This document shows, piece by piece, positions 1 to 7,841 of a stretch of 62,655 nucleotides of DNA (the stretch's first letter is position 1; the number at the start of each line of letters is the position of its first letter). Below the pieces are notes generated by a model. The model saw nothing but the letters and a program-made list of their open reading frames with translations, had not been told where the DNA came from and ran no database searches. Made by a program: the position numbers and the translations under genes. Source of the stretch: a virus (taxonomy: Duplodnaviria > Caudoviricetes); the IMG/VR virus record IMGVR_UViG_3300034006_000003, positions 1 to 62,655 of that record. The stretch is one strand, 5' to 3'.

Positions 1-480
1 CCAAGACTCGAAGCCGTGCGCGGTCAACGTGCTCGCGACGCTAGACGGCTCTGGGATAGGGGATGCTGCCACTATGGCGGCGGCGCGCTCCAGCGGCGAC
101 TTGCAGCCGAGCGTGTCCCTTGCGTCCGCCAGAGCGGCAGAGACCATGGAAGGGAAATAATGGCAGATGCTGACATTGTCGCCGCGCGCCGCTCGCATCA
201 GTGAACAGTTGCGGTTCATGGGATCAGCGGACCGATGGTCGGTCCAGAACTCGGACACACGGTCGGCATGGTAGACACTACCGGACAGCGAGTCAGAGCC
301 GATGACGTGCCCATTGCGGACGATTTCGACAAGGGAGTCGAATGCTACCATTTCGCCGCTGTCGAGCGCGCTCTGGATTTCGCCGCCTTCGTCGTCGCCG
401 TCGAAGCGGTAACCGTAGTCATATTCGATGCGAAGCCGAGCGGTGATGCTGCCAACGGCAAAGGTCCAGACAGTGTCCAT
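1..480 (-). CDS. Hypothetical early protein, 5' part (continues across the junction into 62655..62404)
   Basis: Manual translation from ATG at 480 (MDTVWTFAVG...AHGFESW) gives 160 codons with no stop; GAGAGGGAA RBS upstream; not in the ORF track. Confidence 0.8.
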   Translation of the reverse strand, partial: MDTVWTFAVGSITARLRIEYDYGYRFDGDDEGGEIQSALDSGEMVAFDSLVEIVRNGHVIGSDSLSGSVYHADRVSEFWTDHRSADPMNRNCSLMRAARGDNVSICHYFPSMVSAALADARDTLGCKSPLERAAAIVAASPIPEPSSVASTLTAHGFESW

Positions 481-494
481 TTCTCAATTCCCTC

Positions 495-752
495 TCAGAA
501 TTCCCAGATCAGCGCGCCGCCTTCATTGTGAAGGCTGACTCCAGTGTTCGTCCGGCTGTTGACGATGGTCACGCTATCCCATGCCGTGCGCGTGTAGCTT
601 AGGACCGTGATGCAGTCCGTTTCGAGCATATCAGCGGCAAGGGATGCGGCGGCTTCATCCAGCACTCTAGCGTTGCTCGCCTCATAGCGGTTCACGCCCA
701 GGACGGATGCGGCGCAGAATGCGACGTCGCGCGCTGTAAGAGCCGTTCCCAT
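495..752 (-). CDS. Hypothetical protein
   Basis: ATG at 752 directly after the stop of 754..1002; fills the operon. Confidence 0.6.
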   Translation of the reverse strand: MGTALTARDVAFCAASVLGVNRYEASNARVLDEAAASLAADMLETDCITVLSYTRTAWDSVTIVNSRTNTGVSLHNEGGALIWEF

Positions 753-753
753 C

Positions 754-1002
754 TCAGCGGTTCGCATCATAGCAGACCAGATGGTCGAAGCTGTTCGCCA
801 TGGTGACGTCGTAGCGGATTTCGCCGCTACGATTCTCAGCGTCCATCTGCCGCTCGAATGCCATGGCATTGTCGAAGAACTGAACGACCTTGCATTCGCG
901 CTCGGTAGCTTTGCGGATGGGGACTGCTGCCGCCTGCATAGCGGCGATGCCTGCTACTGAGACCAGAGCGGCGATAAGACCATATTCTATTGCAGATGCC
1001 AT
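754..1002 (-). CDS. Leaderless Flp/Fap (Tad type IVc) pilin-like protein
   Basis: N-terminus MASAIEYGLIAALVSVAGIAAM matches the mature Flp motif (A)TAIEYGLIxALI; GAGAGGGAA RBS upstream. Confidence 0.8.
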   Translation of the reverse strand: MASAIEYGLIAALVSVAGIAAMQAAAVPIRKATERECKVVQFFDNAMAFERQMDAENRSGEIRYDVTMANSFDHLVCYDANR

Positions 1003-1055
1003 GTCGGCGTTTCCCTCTCTCTGTTGCGGCTGGGCTGTTCCCTGCCGCGAATCAG

Positions 1056-1092
1056 TATCTAACGCCTTTCATCCTATCTGGCAATCATTGCC
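1056..1092 (-). promoter_or_regulatory. Putative leftward early sigma70-type promoter overlapping an inverted repeat
   Basis: Minus strand TTGCCA-N17-TAGATA; palindrome GGCAAT-C-ATTGCC at 1080-1092. Confidence 0.4.
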
Positions 1093-1174
1093 GAAAGATA
1101 AATTGCAACGCTCGGCGCGCTCGGCGCGGCGGCGGCGGGTCGTCGGCCTGGTCGCGCCGGCCTCGAGCAGCTGC

Positions 1175-1220
1175 GGGTCCTTACCTGGTCTCCCCGGAGG
1201 GAGAGCGGTGGGGGACCGCT
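1175..1220 (+). other. Putative cos packaging site (cosQ-like plus cosN-like dyad)
   Basis: GGGTCCT at 1175-1181 (lambda cosQ sequence), then dyad AGCGGT-GGGGG-ACCGCT at 1204-1220, in a divergent intergenic gap; terminase is GpA-type. Confidence 0.5.
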
Positions 1221-1316
1221 AAACTCGCGAGGCTCGCACAAATTTCGGACACACGAAGCGACAAGGGCCGGCTGGTCGTTGTAGAAGACGGATCTCGAGC
1301 ATGGAAAGGATGACGA

Positions 1317-2138
1317 ATGGCGAGCGCAGCTGAAAAGGGCACGGGCTACAAAGGGCTGCTCGGCGACCATCGCGACTTCATGTATCGCGCGGCGAAGGAC
1401 GGAATTGACCAGACGGTCGCGCTACCGCCTCGAGCCGTTGCAAAGCGCTTCTATGACCAGCCCATCTTCGACCAGGAGCAGCGGAGCAACTGCGTCGGCC
1501 AGTCGATCGCTCGCCACGTCGCTTCCGTTCGCAAGGTGAGCCCGCGGTCGGCCGCCTTCGTCTACTGGGGAGCTCGGCTGCTCATCAATGAGACCCATCT
1601 GGACCAGGGCGCTTACATCCGCGACGGCTTCAAGAGCGCAGCGCACGAAGGCGTCCCGCGCGACGATCTCTGGCCGGACGTCGACGCCAATCTCTTCCTC
1701 GATCCGGTCGAGAAGGCGGACAGGGACGCGCTGAAGCGCCGGATCCTTAGCTACATCCGCCTGAACGGCGCTCCAGACTATCGCGCCTGCATCGCAGCTG
1801 GCTTCTCGTTCGTCGCCGGCGTGACGCTCTATAGCCAGATGATCTCGAGGCGGACCTGGGCGAGCGGGATCCTGCCGTTTCCGCAGTCTGGGGAGTATCA
1901 GATCGGCGGTCACGCGCTCGAATTCGGGGAATATGACGACCATTTCCGCGACAGCGCCTGGGCAAAATGGGCTCGAGATCGCGGTTTTCCGGACGCGATG
2001 ATCCCCGAGAGGGTCTATATCGCCGCCAATTCCTGGAGCGAGAAGTTCGGAAAGGGCGGTTATCTGGCCGTCGACGCCACCTACATCGACCATCCGTGGC
2101 TCGCTGCGGACGTCCAGACGGCCCGTCCGAAGGCCTAG
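1317..2138 (+). CDS. Papain-like C1 family cysteine peptidase
   Basis: DQEQRSNCVG (oxyanion Q, catalytic C), GGHAL (H), AANSWSEKFGKGGYL (N, NSW motif). Confidence 0.9.
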   Translation: MASAAEKGTGYKGLLGDHRDFMYRAAKDGIDQTVALPPRAVAKRFYDQPIFDQEQRSNCVGQSIARHVASVRKVSPRSAAFVYWGARLLINETHLDQGAYIRDGFKSAAHEGVPRDDLWPDVDANLFLDPVEKADRDALKRRILSYIRLNGAPDYRACIAAGFSFVAGVTLYSQMISRRTWASGILPFPQSGEYQIGGHALEFGEYDDHFRDSAWAKWARDRGFPDAMIPERVYIAANSWSEKFGKGGYLAVDATYIDHPWLAADVQTARPKA

Positions 2139-2199
2139 CCGATAGAAATTGCGGCCCAGCTATGCGATGGAACGGTCATCGCAGGGCTGGAGCGCGCTG

Positions 2200-2502
2200 A
2201 TGCCGACCGTTTCCGACACTCTCATCGCCATCCGTGACGGCGCGGAGGTCAATCGGCTCGCCTTCGAAGGCGTGATCCAGCAGTTGGAAGCGCAGCGCGT
2301 CGCTCTCGCCGCAATGCCGTCCGGATCCGCTAAGAATTCCATGGTCGACCGGCTCGAGCGCCACCAGGCGCGCCTCGCCAACATGCGGGACGATGCGATC
2401 GCTCTTCGAGACGCCGCGGCGCGCGAAGCCGTCTCGCTCGGCGCCGCTCTGCCGCCTCTACCGCTGCCGCCAGCCGGAAGCTGGTCGACCGACCAATGGT
2501 GA
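2200..2502 (+). CDS. Hypothetical coiled-coil protein
   Basis: GGAG RBS then ATG at 2200; operon context. Confidence 0.6.
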   Translation: MPTVSDTLIAIRDGAEVNRLAFEGVIQQLEAQRVALAAMPSGSAKNSMVDRLERHQARLANMRDDAIALRDAAAREAVSLGAALPPLPLPPAGSWSTDQW

Positions 2503-2506
2503 GACC

Positions 2507-2851
2507 ATGACAGCGCTCTCATTCCACAAGCTTCTCGCTCCCCTGCCGGCCCCGCCGCTCCAGCCCGACGCGCTCTATTTCGTGAAGGACGGCTCATCCG
2601 TCCGCGCTTACATCACCGACGACGCGGGGACGCCGCTGCCGTTCGGCGGCGGGGGAGAGCCCTACGTCCACAACCAAGCGCAGGCGGCCGCTCAGTGGGT
2701 CGTCAACCATAATCGCGGTTACCGGCCGAGCTCGGTTGCCGTTCTGAGCGTCGGGGGAGTAGAAGTCGACGCAGCCGTCACGCACGTCTCGGTAAATCAG
2801 CTGACCGTGGACTTCGCCGTCCCATACGCCGGCCAGGTTCTCGTCGCATAG
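2507..2851 (+). CDS. Putative virion fibre-associated protein
   Basis: C-terminal WVVNHNRGYRP...VSVNQLTVDF beta domain, similar to the C-terminus of the next gene. Confidence 0.55.
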   Translation: MTALSFHKLLAPLPAPPLQPDALYFVKDGSSVRAYITDDAGTPLPFGGGGEPYVHNQAQAAAQWVVNHNRGYRPSSVAVLSVGGVEVDAAVTHVSVNQLTVDFAVPYAGQVLVA

Positions 2852-2861
2852 GAGTGAAGAC

Positions 2862-3656
2862 ATGGTAGCTAAGCCCGTTCTCGCCGATCAGGACCATGGC
2901 GGCGTCGCCCGCATCACGAACCTTCCGGCACCGGCATCGGCGAACGAGCCGGCCCGCCTCGCCGACCTGAACTCCGCGGTCGAAGGGCTGGCGTGGAAGG
3001 ACAGCGTCCGCGTCCGCACCGCCGCAAACGTCAACCTCGCGGCCCCAGGCGCTAATCTGGACGGCATTGCGATGGCGGCGAACGACCGCTTTCTCGCCGG
3101 CGCGCAGACGACGACGTCCCAGAACGGCATCTACATCTGGAACGGCGCTGCGGTGCCGGCGACGCGCGCCCTCGATGCCAACAGCGCGAACGAACTCGAG
3201 CAGGCCATCGTCCCCGTCGAAGAAGGGACCAGCGCCGGAACCCAGTGGCGGCAGACGCAGGTCAACTTCGTGCTCGACACGGATCCGATTGCCTTCGTCT
3301 CGTTCGGGACGTCGGCTCCAGCCGCCACTGAGGCAGCTGCGGGCATCGCTCGAGTGGCGACCCAGCCGCTGACCGACGCGGGTGCGAACGATACCGACTT
3401 CTTGACCCCGCTGAAGCTGGCGAATTGGTCCGGCCGCGCTCGGCGAGCAGCTGGCACCATCGGCGACGGCGCCGCGACGTCGTTTGCGCTCAACCACAAT
3501 CTCAACACGCGGGACGTGACGGTGTCCGTCTACCGCAACAGCGGCGTCTATGACGACGTGATCTGCGGCGTCGAGCGCACGACCGTCAATCAGATTACCC
3601 TCACGTTCGCGAGCGCGCCGGCGCTCAATTCGCTCCGGGTCGTGGTTACCGCGTAA
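2862..3656 (+). CDS. Putative virion fibre/decoration protein
   Basis: WKDSVRVRTAANVNL..LDG...DRFL...QNGIYIW segment typical of phage fibre proteins; C-terminal HNLNTRDV domain. Confidence 0.7.
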   Translation: MVAKPVLADQDHGGVARITNLPAPASANEPARLADLNSAVEGLAWKDSVRVRTAANVNLAAPGANLDGIAMAANDRFLAGAQTTTSQNGIYIWNGAAVPATRALDANSANELEQAIVPVEEGTSAGTQWRQTQVNFVLDTDPIAFVSFGTSAPAATEAAAGIARVATQPLTDAGANDTDFLTPLKLANWSGRARRAAGTIGDGAATSFALNHNLNTRDVTVSVYRNSGVYDDVICGVERTTVNQITLTFASAPALNSLRVVVTA

Positions 3657-4792
3657 TGGCTGACAGGCCGGTCTTCGAGGATCTGGACTTTGGCGGCTCG
3701 GCCAGGATCCTCGGTCTGCCGACGCCGGCGACCGCCTCTGAGCCAGCGACGAAGGCATACGCCGATGCTCTGAGCGCAGCCGAGCGGATCCGGATATTCG
3801 GCGACGGGTCCGACGGCGACGTGACGGTCTCGAGCACCATCACGCTCACCCGCGATATGTTCTACAACAACCTGACGATTGACGCCGGCGGCGCGATCGT
3901 CACGGGCATGAACAAGATCTATGTCGCCGGCACCCTCGATCTCACGAATGCGGTCGCTGGAGCCATCCGGCCGCACAGCAACGCGGCAGCCAGCTTGGGC
4001 TCCGGAAACGCGACTGGCACCAACGGCGTCACGGGCGGCACCGCGGCGAGCGCGGGTTCATCCGCCTCGGTCGGCGTCGGCGGCGGCGGCACGGCAGGCG
4101 CAACAGCGACGACGGCTGCCGGCGCGAATGCTGCCGCTCCGAGCGCGCTGAATGCGGGCGGCGGGCAGGGCGGGCAGGGCGGCGGCATCGGCGCAGGCAC
4201 GGGCCGCGGCGGCGGTGTCCTGACTCCGGCGATGGTGCGGCGGCTGGCGGACGATCTCACCCGCGGCAACGCATACATTTTCGGCGGCACTGGCGGTGGT
4301 GGCGGTTCGTCTTCAGCTGGCGATGGAACGAACACGGGCGCGGGCGGCGGCGGCGGCGGACCTGGTGCACCTGTCACTTTCACGTCGGCATACAACGTGA
4401 TCGTCGGCGCGGCCGCCGGCATCTTCCGGTCGAACGGCGGCAACGGCGGCAACGGCGGCACGATAACCGTAGGAGTCCTTTCCGGCGGCGGCGGCGGCGC
4501 TGGCGGCGGCGGCGGCTGGCACTACTTCGTCTTTGCGACGAAGACGGGAGCCAATGCCCAGCTGTTCGAAGCGAACGGCGGCACCGGCGGCACGGGCGGC
4601 ACCGGAACCAATGGCACCGGCGGACGCGGCGGACAGGGCGGACAGGGCGGGCGCGTGACCATCATCGACGCGCTCAATGGGCTCCTCACTGAAGTCCCCC
4701 CAGGCACGATGCCGGCCATTCCAGCATCAGCAGCTGGTTCGAACGCCGGCAGCGCCGGCACGGCCGGCGGCCAGACCTACGGCGGCCTCTAG
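3656..4792 (+). CDS. Glycine-rich fibre/adhesin-like protein
   Basis: FGDGSDGD motif and many poly-Gly tracts (GGGGGAGGGGG) as in polyglycine-sandwich adhesins. Confidence 0.75.
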   Translation: MADRPVFEDLDFGGSARILGLPTPATASEPATKAYADALSAAERIRIFGDGSDGDVTVSSTITLTRDMFYNNLTIDAGGAIVTGMNKIYVAGTLDLTNAVAGAIRPHSNAAASLGSGNATGTNGVTGGTAASAGSSASVGVGGGGTAGATATTAAGANAAAPSALNAGGGQGGQGGGIGAGTGRGGGVLTPAMVRRLADDLTRGNAYIFGGTGGGGGSSSAGDGTNTGAGGGGGGPGAPVTFTSAYNVIVGAAAGIFRSNGGNGGNGGTITVGVLSGGGGGAGGGGGWHYFVFATKTGANAQLFEANGGTGGTGGTGTNGTGGRGGQGGQGGRVTIIDALNGLLTEVPPGTMPAIPASAAGSNAGSAGTAGGQTYGGL

Positions 4793-4807
4793 GATGGGAA
4801 TTATCTG

Positions 4808-5548
4808 ATGCCAGGTCGCAGCTTCATCGACCGCTTCAATCGGACCGTGACCGAAATAGGGTCGGACGTCTGGGAAACCCAAGGCGTGAGCGCGAAGACC
4901 GCGACCATGTCAAAGGCTCGAGAACTCTTCGATGCCTCGGCACCCGCGTCATACGTCCCGCCCGCTCCGGAGCCGGCGCCAGCCGAGCGACTGGACATCA
5001 TTGAGCGCGCCGTCCGCCTGCCAGCTGGTTCGTCCGCCGACGCGCCCATCCAGATCTACTACGCGCCTCGAGATATTATCGCCGATCCTCTCGGCACGAC
5101 GACCGGCCGCTGGAGGGTCCGCGACGAAGGCCATTCGGAGCGCTTCCTTGCCACTCGAGCCGCCGGCATCCCTGACAAGGCCCCGCTGGTCTGGAACGAC
5201 ACGCTGGACGTCATCGAAGCGCTCGCTAAGCCATATCAGCAGCGCATCGCCGGCGGCCGCGCGGTCCTGAACAATCTCACGGCCGTCGCGAGCTCGGATC
5301 TCGTCGGCTTCTCTGGCATCACCCGCGTCGCCATCGGTCGCTATCGCTTCACGTTCTCGACCGCCCAGTTGACCCTGAATTTCGACGCGATTCCGTTCAT
5401 TCTGGACACGACGGCGGTCGTGAAGACGGCTCGCATCTTCGCTAAGACGTTGACCTACGTCGAAATCGGGGTGAATTCTCTCGCCACCAACTTTCCGGCA
5501 GCAGATCCCACTGAGGTCGGCGTTGTGGTCGAAAGGAACATCAAATGA
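4808..5548 (+). CDS. Putative fibre-associated protein
   Basis: C-terminal ITRVAIGRYRFTF motif resembling fibre C-terminal beta domains; operon context. Confidence 0.5.
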   Translation: MPGRSFIDRFNRTVTEIGSDVWETQGVSAKTATMSKARELFDASAPASYVPPAPEPAPAERLDIIERAVRLPAGSSADAPIQIYYAPRDIIADPLGTTTGRWRVRDEGHSERFLATRAAGIPDKAPLVWNDTLDVIEALAKPYQQRIAGGRAVLNNLTAVASSDLVGFSGITRVAIGRYRFTFSTAQLTLNFDAIPFILDTTAVVKTARIFAKTLTYVEIGVNSLATNFPAADPTEVGVVVERNIK

Positions 5549-5826
5549 AGTTCGTCTATGGATTGGATGGGGACGAAACGCTCCCCGTGACTGCCACGAC
5601 CGACGATACGACGTCGACGCCGGTCGAAGCCCTGAAGTCCCTCGTCGGGGTGAACAACAGCTTCTATGCGTTCGCGAACGACGGCATCCCTGCCGGCTAT
5701 GAGGGGAACATGACCGTCGACTTCACCGATGCGCCGAAGGTGAAGGGCCGCGATGCGGACAACCAGGCTGCGATCGACGCGATGCTGGCGAACCCGCCCG
5801 TCGACAAACTGACGATGAACGCCTGA
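5545..5826 (+). CDS. Hypothetical protein
   Basis: ATGA overlap with upstream gene; ends before the terminator. Confidence 0.7.
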   Translation: MKFVYGLDGDETLPVTATTDDTTSTPVEALKSLVGVNNSFYAFANDGIPAGYEGNMTVDFTDAPKVKGRDADNQAAIDAMLANPPVDKLTMNA

Positions 5827-5846
5827 TCGCTCTTACCAGCAGCTAC

Positions 5847-5885
5847 AAAAAGAGGGCGGGGGATCCGGAGATCTCCCGCCCTTTT
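5847..5885. terminator. Bidirectional intrinsic terminator
   Basis: AAAAA-GAGGGCGGGGGATC-CGGA-GATCTCCCGCCC-TTTT between convergent operons. Confidence 0.8.
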
Positions 5886-5915
5886 AGCTGGACCCGCGGG
5901 CTCAATGGGGCAAGC

Positions 5916-6107
5916 TTAATGCGGGTCGCCGCCGACTGAGGGAAGCGGCTCGAATCCATCTGGTGCGATGCTGATGTCGATGCGAACGCGGCTGCGCCCA
6001 ACTGCCTCAATTATGGGGACAAGCGCCTCAGACAGCGCGCTCTGCTGCTGCTCGAGGGTGCCGAAGATGTGCTCGGCGGGGATCGGGCCGGGGTTACGTC
6101 CGTCCAT
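5916..6107 (-). CDS. Hypothetical protein
   Basis: ATG at 6107 (MDGRNPG...), last gene of the leftward block. Confidence 0.55.
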   Translation of the reverse strand: MDGRNPGPIPAEHIFGTLEQQQSALSEALVPIIEAVGRSRVRIDISIAPDGFEPLPSVGGDPH

Positions 6108-6109
6108 AT

Positions 6110-6280
6110 TCAGTCCTTCCTCAGATCGTCCCTGAAGCGCCATTGCTTCACGGTCTTCCATTCCAGCTTCTCGCCGAAGCCGGTTTCCTTCAGCCCGCCC
6201 CGCCGCTCGATCTCGACCAGCCGCCGGCCCGCGCCAGCTGGCATGCGGCCTTGGCCGGCGTAGGGGAGCCAATCGGTCAC
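6110..6280 (-). CDS. Hypothetical protein (56 aa)
   Basis: Manual: GTG at 6280 (MTDWLPYAGQG...) overlaps the upstream stop as GTGA. Confidence 0.55.
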   Translation of the reverse strand: MTDWLPYAGQGRMPAGAGRRLVEIERRGGLKETGFGEKLEWKTVKQWRFRDDLRKD

Positions 6281-6711
6281 GCCGGCCGGACCGGCTTCCC
6301 GTCGACGAGCTCCACCATCAGCGTCTTCCGGCCGAAGATGGTCATAATGCTGCCGTCGGTCTTCAGAAGCACCGCGTCGCCCGCCCAGGCGGTCTTCCCG
6401 TCGACATAATGGGTGCCGGGGACCGGCCGGACGACGCCTGCCATGGATTCGACGGGTCCAGTGACCGCCAGCCGCTGTTCCCAGTCGATTTCGGCGACGA
6501 TCTCGAGCGGGACGAGCTCCCCACGGTCGTCATAGGCGGCTGGAGAGCCGAACGGCAGCGCGCCGGCGGCGATGGCGGGAATTTCGGCATGTTTCATGGT
6601 TTCAGGCCCCTTCTGGATCAAATGGTCATATTCCCCGCGATGAAAGGCGCGGAATCCCTCGAAAAAGTCGTGACAAGCGCAATAATCGGGCTCGCAACGA
6701 CCGCATTTCAC
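6277..6711 (-). CDS. Hypothetical protein
   Basis: GTGA coupling at 6708-6711; alternative ATG at 6597. Confidence 0.55.
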   Translation of the reverse strand: MKCGRCEPDYCACHDFFEGFRAFHRGEYDHLIQKGPETMKHAEIPAIAAGALPFGSPAAYDDRGELVPLEIVAEIDWEQRLAVTGPVESMAGVVRPVPGTHYVDGKTAWAGDAVLLKTDGSIMTIFGRKTLMVELVDGKPVRPA

Positions 6712-6932
6712 GTCGTTTTTACCCCTTTCAAGGCCTCTTCCCGGAGCCTCGGCCACTCGGAAATCAGCCGTTCCATCGCCTCTGGACAGACCTGAACCCG
6801 CTCAATGGGCCCTTTCGCGTGTCCGGATTCGACCGTGTAGGTGCCGCAATCATAGCGGATTCGGAGCCTTCCGGCGCTGTCGGACCAGATAATCCGGCTC
6901 GAGATGAGGACTTTTTGCGTTTCGGCGACCAA
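6708..6932 (-). CDS. Hypothetical protein
   Basis: Fills the gap after the methylase; TTG start. Confidence 0.45.
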   Translation of the reverse strand: MVAETQKVLISSRIIWSDSAGRLRIRYDCGTYTVESGHAKGPIERVQVCPEAMERLISEWPRLREEALKGVKTT

Positions 6933-6944
6933 TTTATGCAGATC

Positions 6945-7841
6945 CTATGCGGGAATTGCGAAAAGCGGGCCGTGAACTCTCTTGTGAGCGTCCAGCGTGG
7001 CCGCAGCCCTGGGATTGAGCCATAGGATCTCGAGGCGCGGCCGTCCGCCGTCCGCATAGGCTTCAATCTCGACCCGCCGCCAGCTGGAAAGCGCCTGGTC
7101 ATAGAGTTCGGACGGATAGCCGGACAGGACGACCATCCCGACGAGACCCTGAAGGAATTCGAGCAGTTCGACGTGCTGCTCGGTCGTCAATTCGTGGTTG
7201 TAGACGTGATAGCCGGCACCCTTGCGGCGGTTCCCAGCCGAGCGCGTCGCCGGCAGGTAGGGCGGGTCGACATAGAAGAGGGTCTGGACCGCGTCCTCGC
7301 GCCGCATCAGTTCCAGCGCGTCCATGTTCCGGACCATGACGCCGCTCTGGATCCGAGCGACGATCTCGCGCAGCGCGACGGGATAGTTCGCCCATTCCTG
7401 CGCCGGCACCGCCTCGCCCTTCCGAGCCTTGCCGCGGAAGCCCGTCTTGTAATTCATCATCGCGCCGTCGGCACCGTGCCCCATGAAGGACCGGACGACC
7501 AGCGCCCAGGCGCGCTCGACAGGATCTTTGCTCGGCCGATAAGCGTCGTCGAAGAACTCTTCCGAGTAGGGGGTGAGCTCGACGCGCCTTATCAGCTCTG
7601 CCGCTGTTTTCCGCTCGAGCAGGACGCGGAAGACGTTCACGATCTCGCTGTCCAGGTCGTTGTAGATCTCGACCGCCGACTTCGGCTTCCGGATGAGGAC
7701 GCTGCCGCCGCCGCCGTAGGGCTCGACATAGACGAGATGCGGCGGGAAATAGCTGATGATCTGGGGCGCGAGGACGAACTTGCCGCCGTGCCAGCGGACT
7801 AGCGGCCGCGCGCGGGCTGCTCGGCGCTTCTTTTCGATCAT
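6945..7841 (-). CDS. DNA adenine methyltransferase (Dam/D12 class)
   Basis: RWHGGK, YVEPYGGGGSV (motif I), YNDLD, FYVDPPY (motif IV); ATG at 7841 overlaps the upstream stop. Confidence 0.92.
   Translation of the reverse strand: MIEKKRRAARARPLVRWHGGKFVLAPQIISYFPPHLVYVEPYGGGGSVLIRKPKSAVEIYNDLDSEIVNVFRVLLERKTAAELIRRVELTPYSEEFFDDAYRPSKDPVERAWALVVRSFMGHGADGAMMNYKTGFRGKARKGEAVPAQEWANYPVALREIVARIQSGVMVRNMDALELMRREDAVQTLFYVDPPYLPATRSAGNRRKGAGYHVYNHELTTEQHVELLEFLQGLVGMVVLSGYPSELYDQALSSWRRVEIEAYADGGRPRLEILWLNPRAAATLDAHKRVHGPLFAIPA

Noticed and set aside
4060-4660. GGC-rich tandem repeats as a DNA-level element
   Set aside because: Explained by poly-glycine coding
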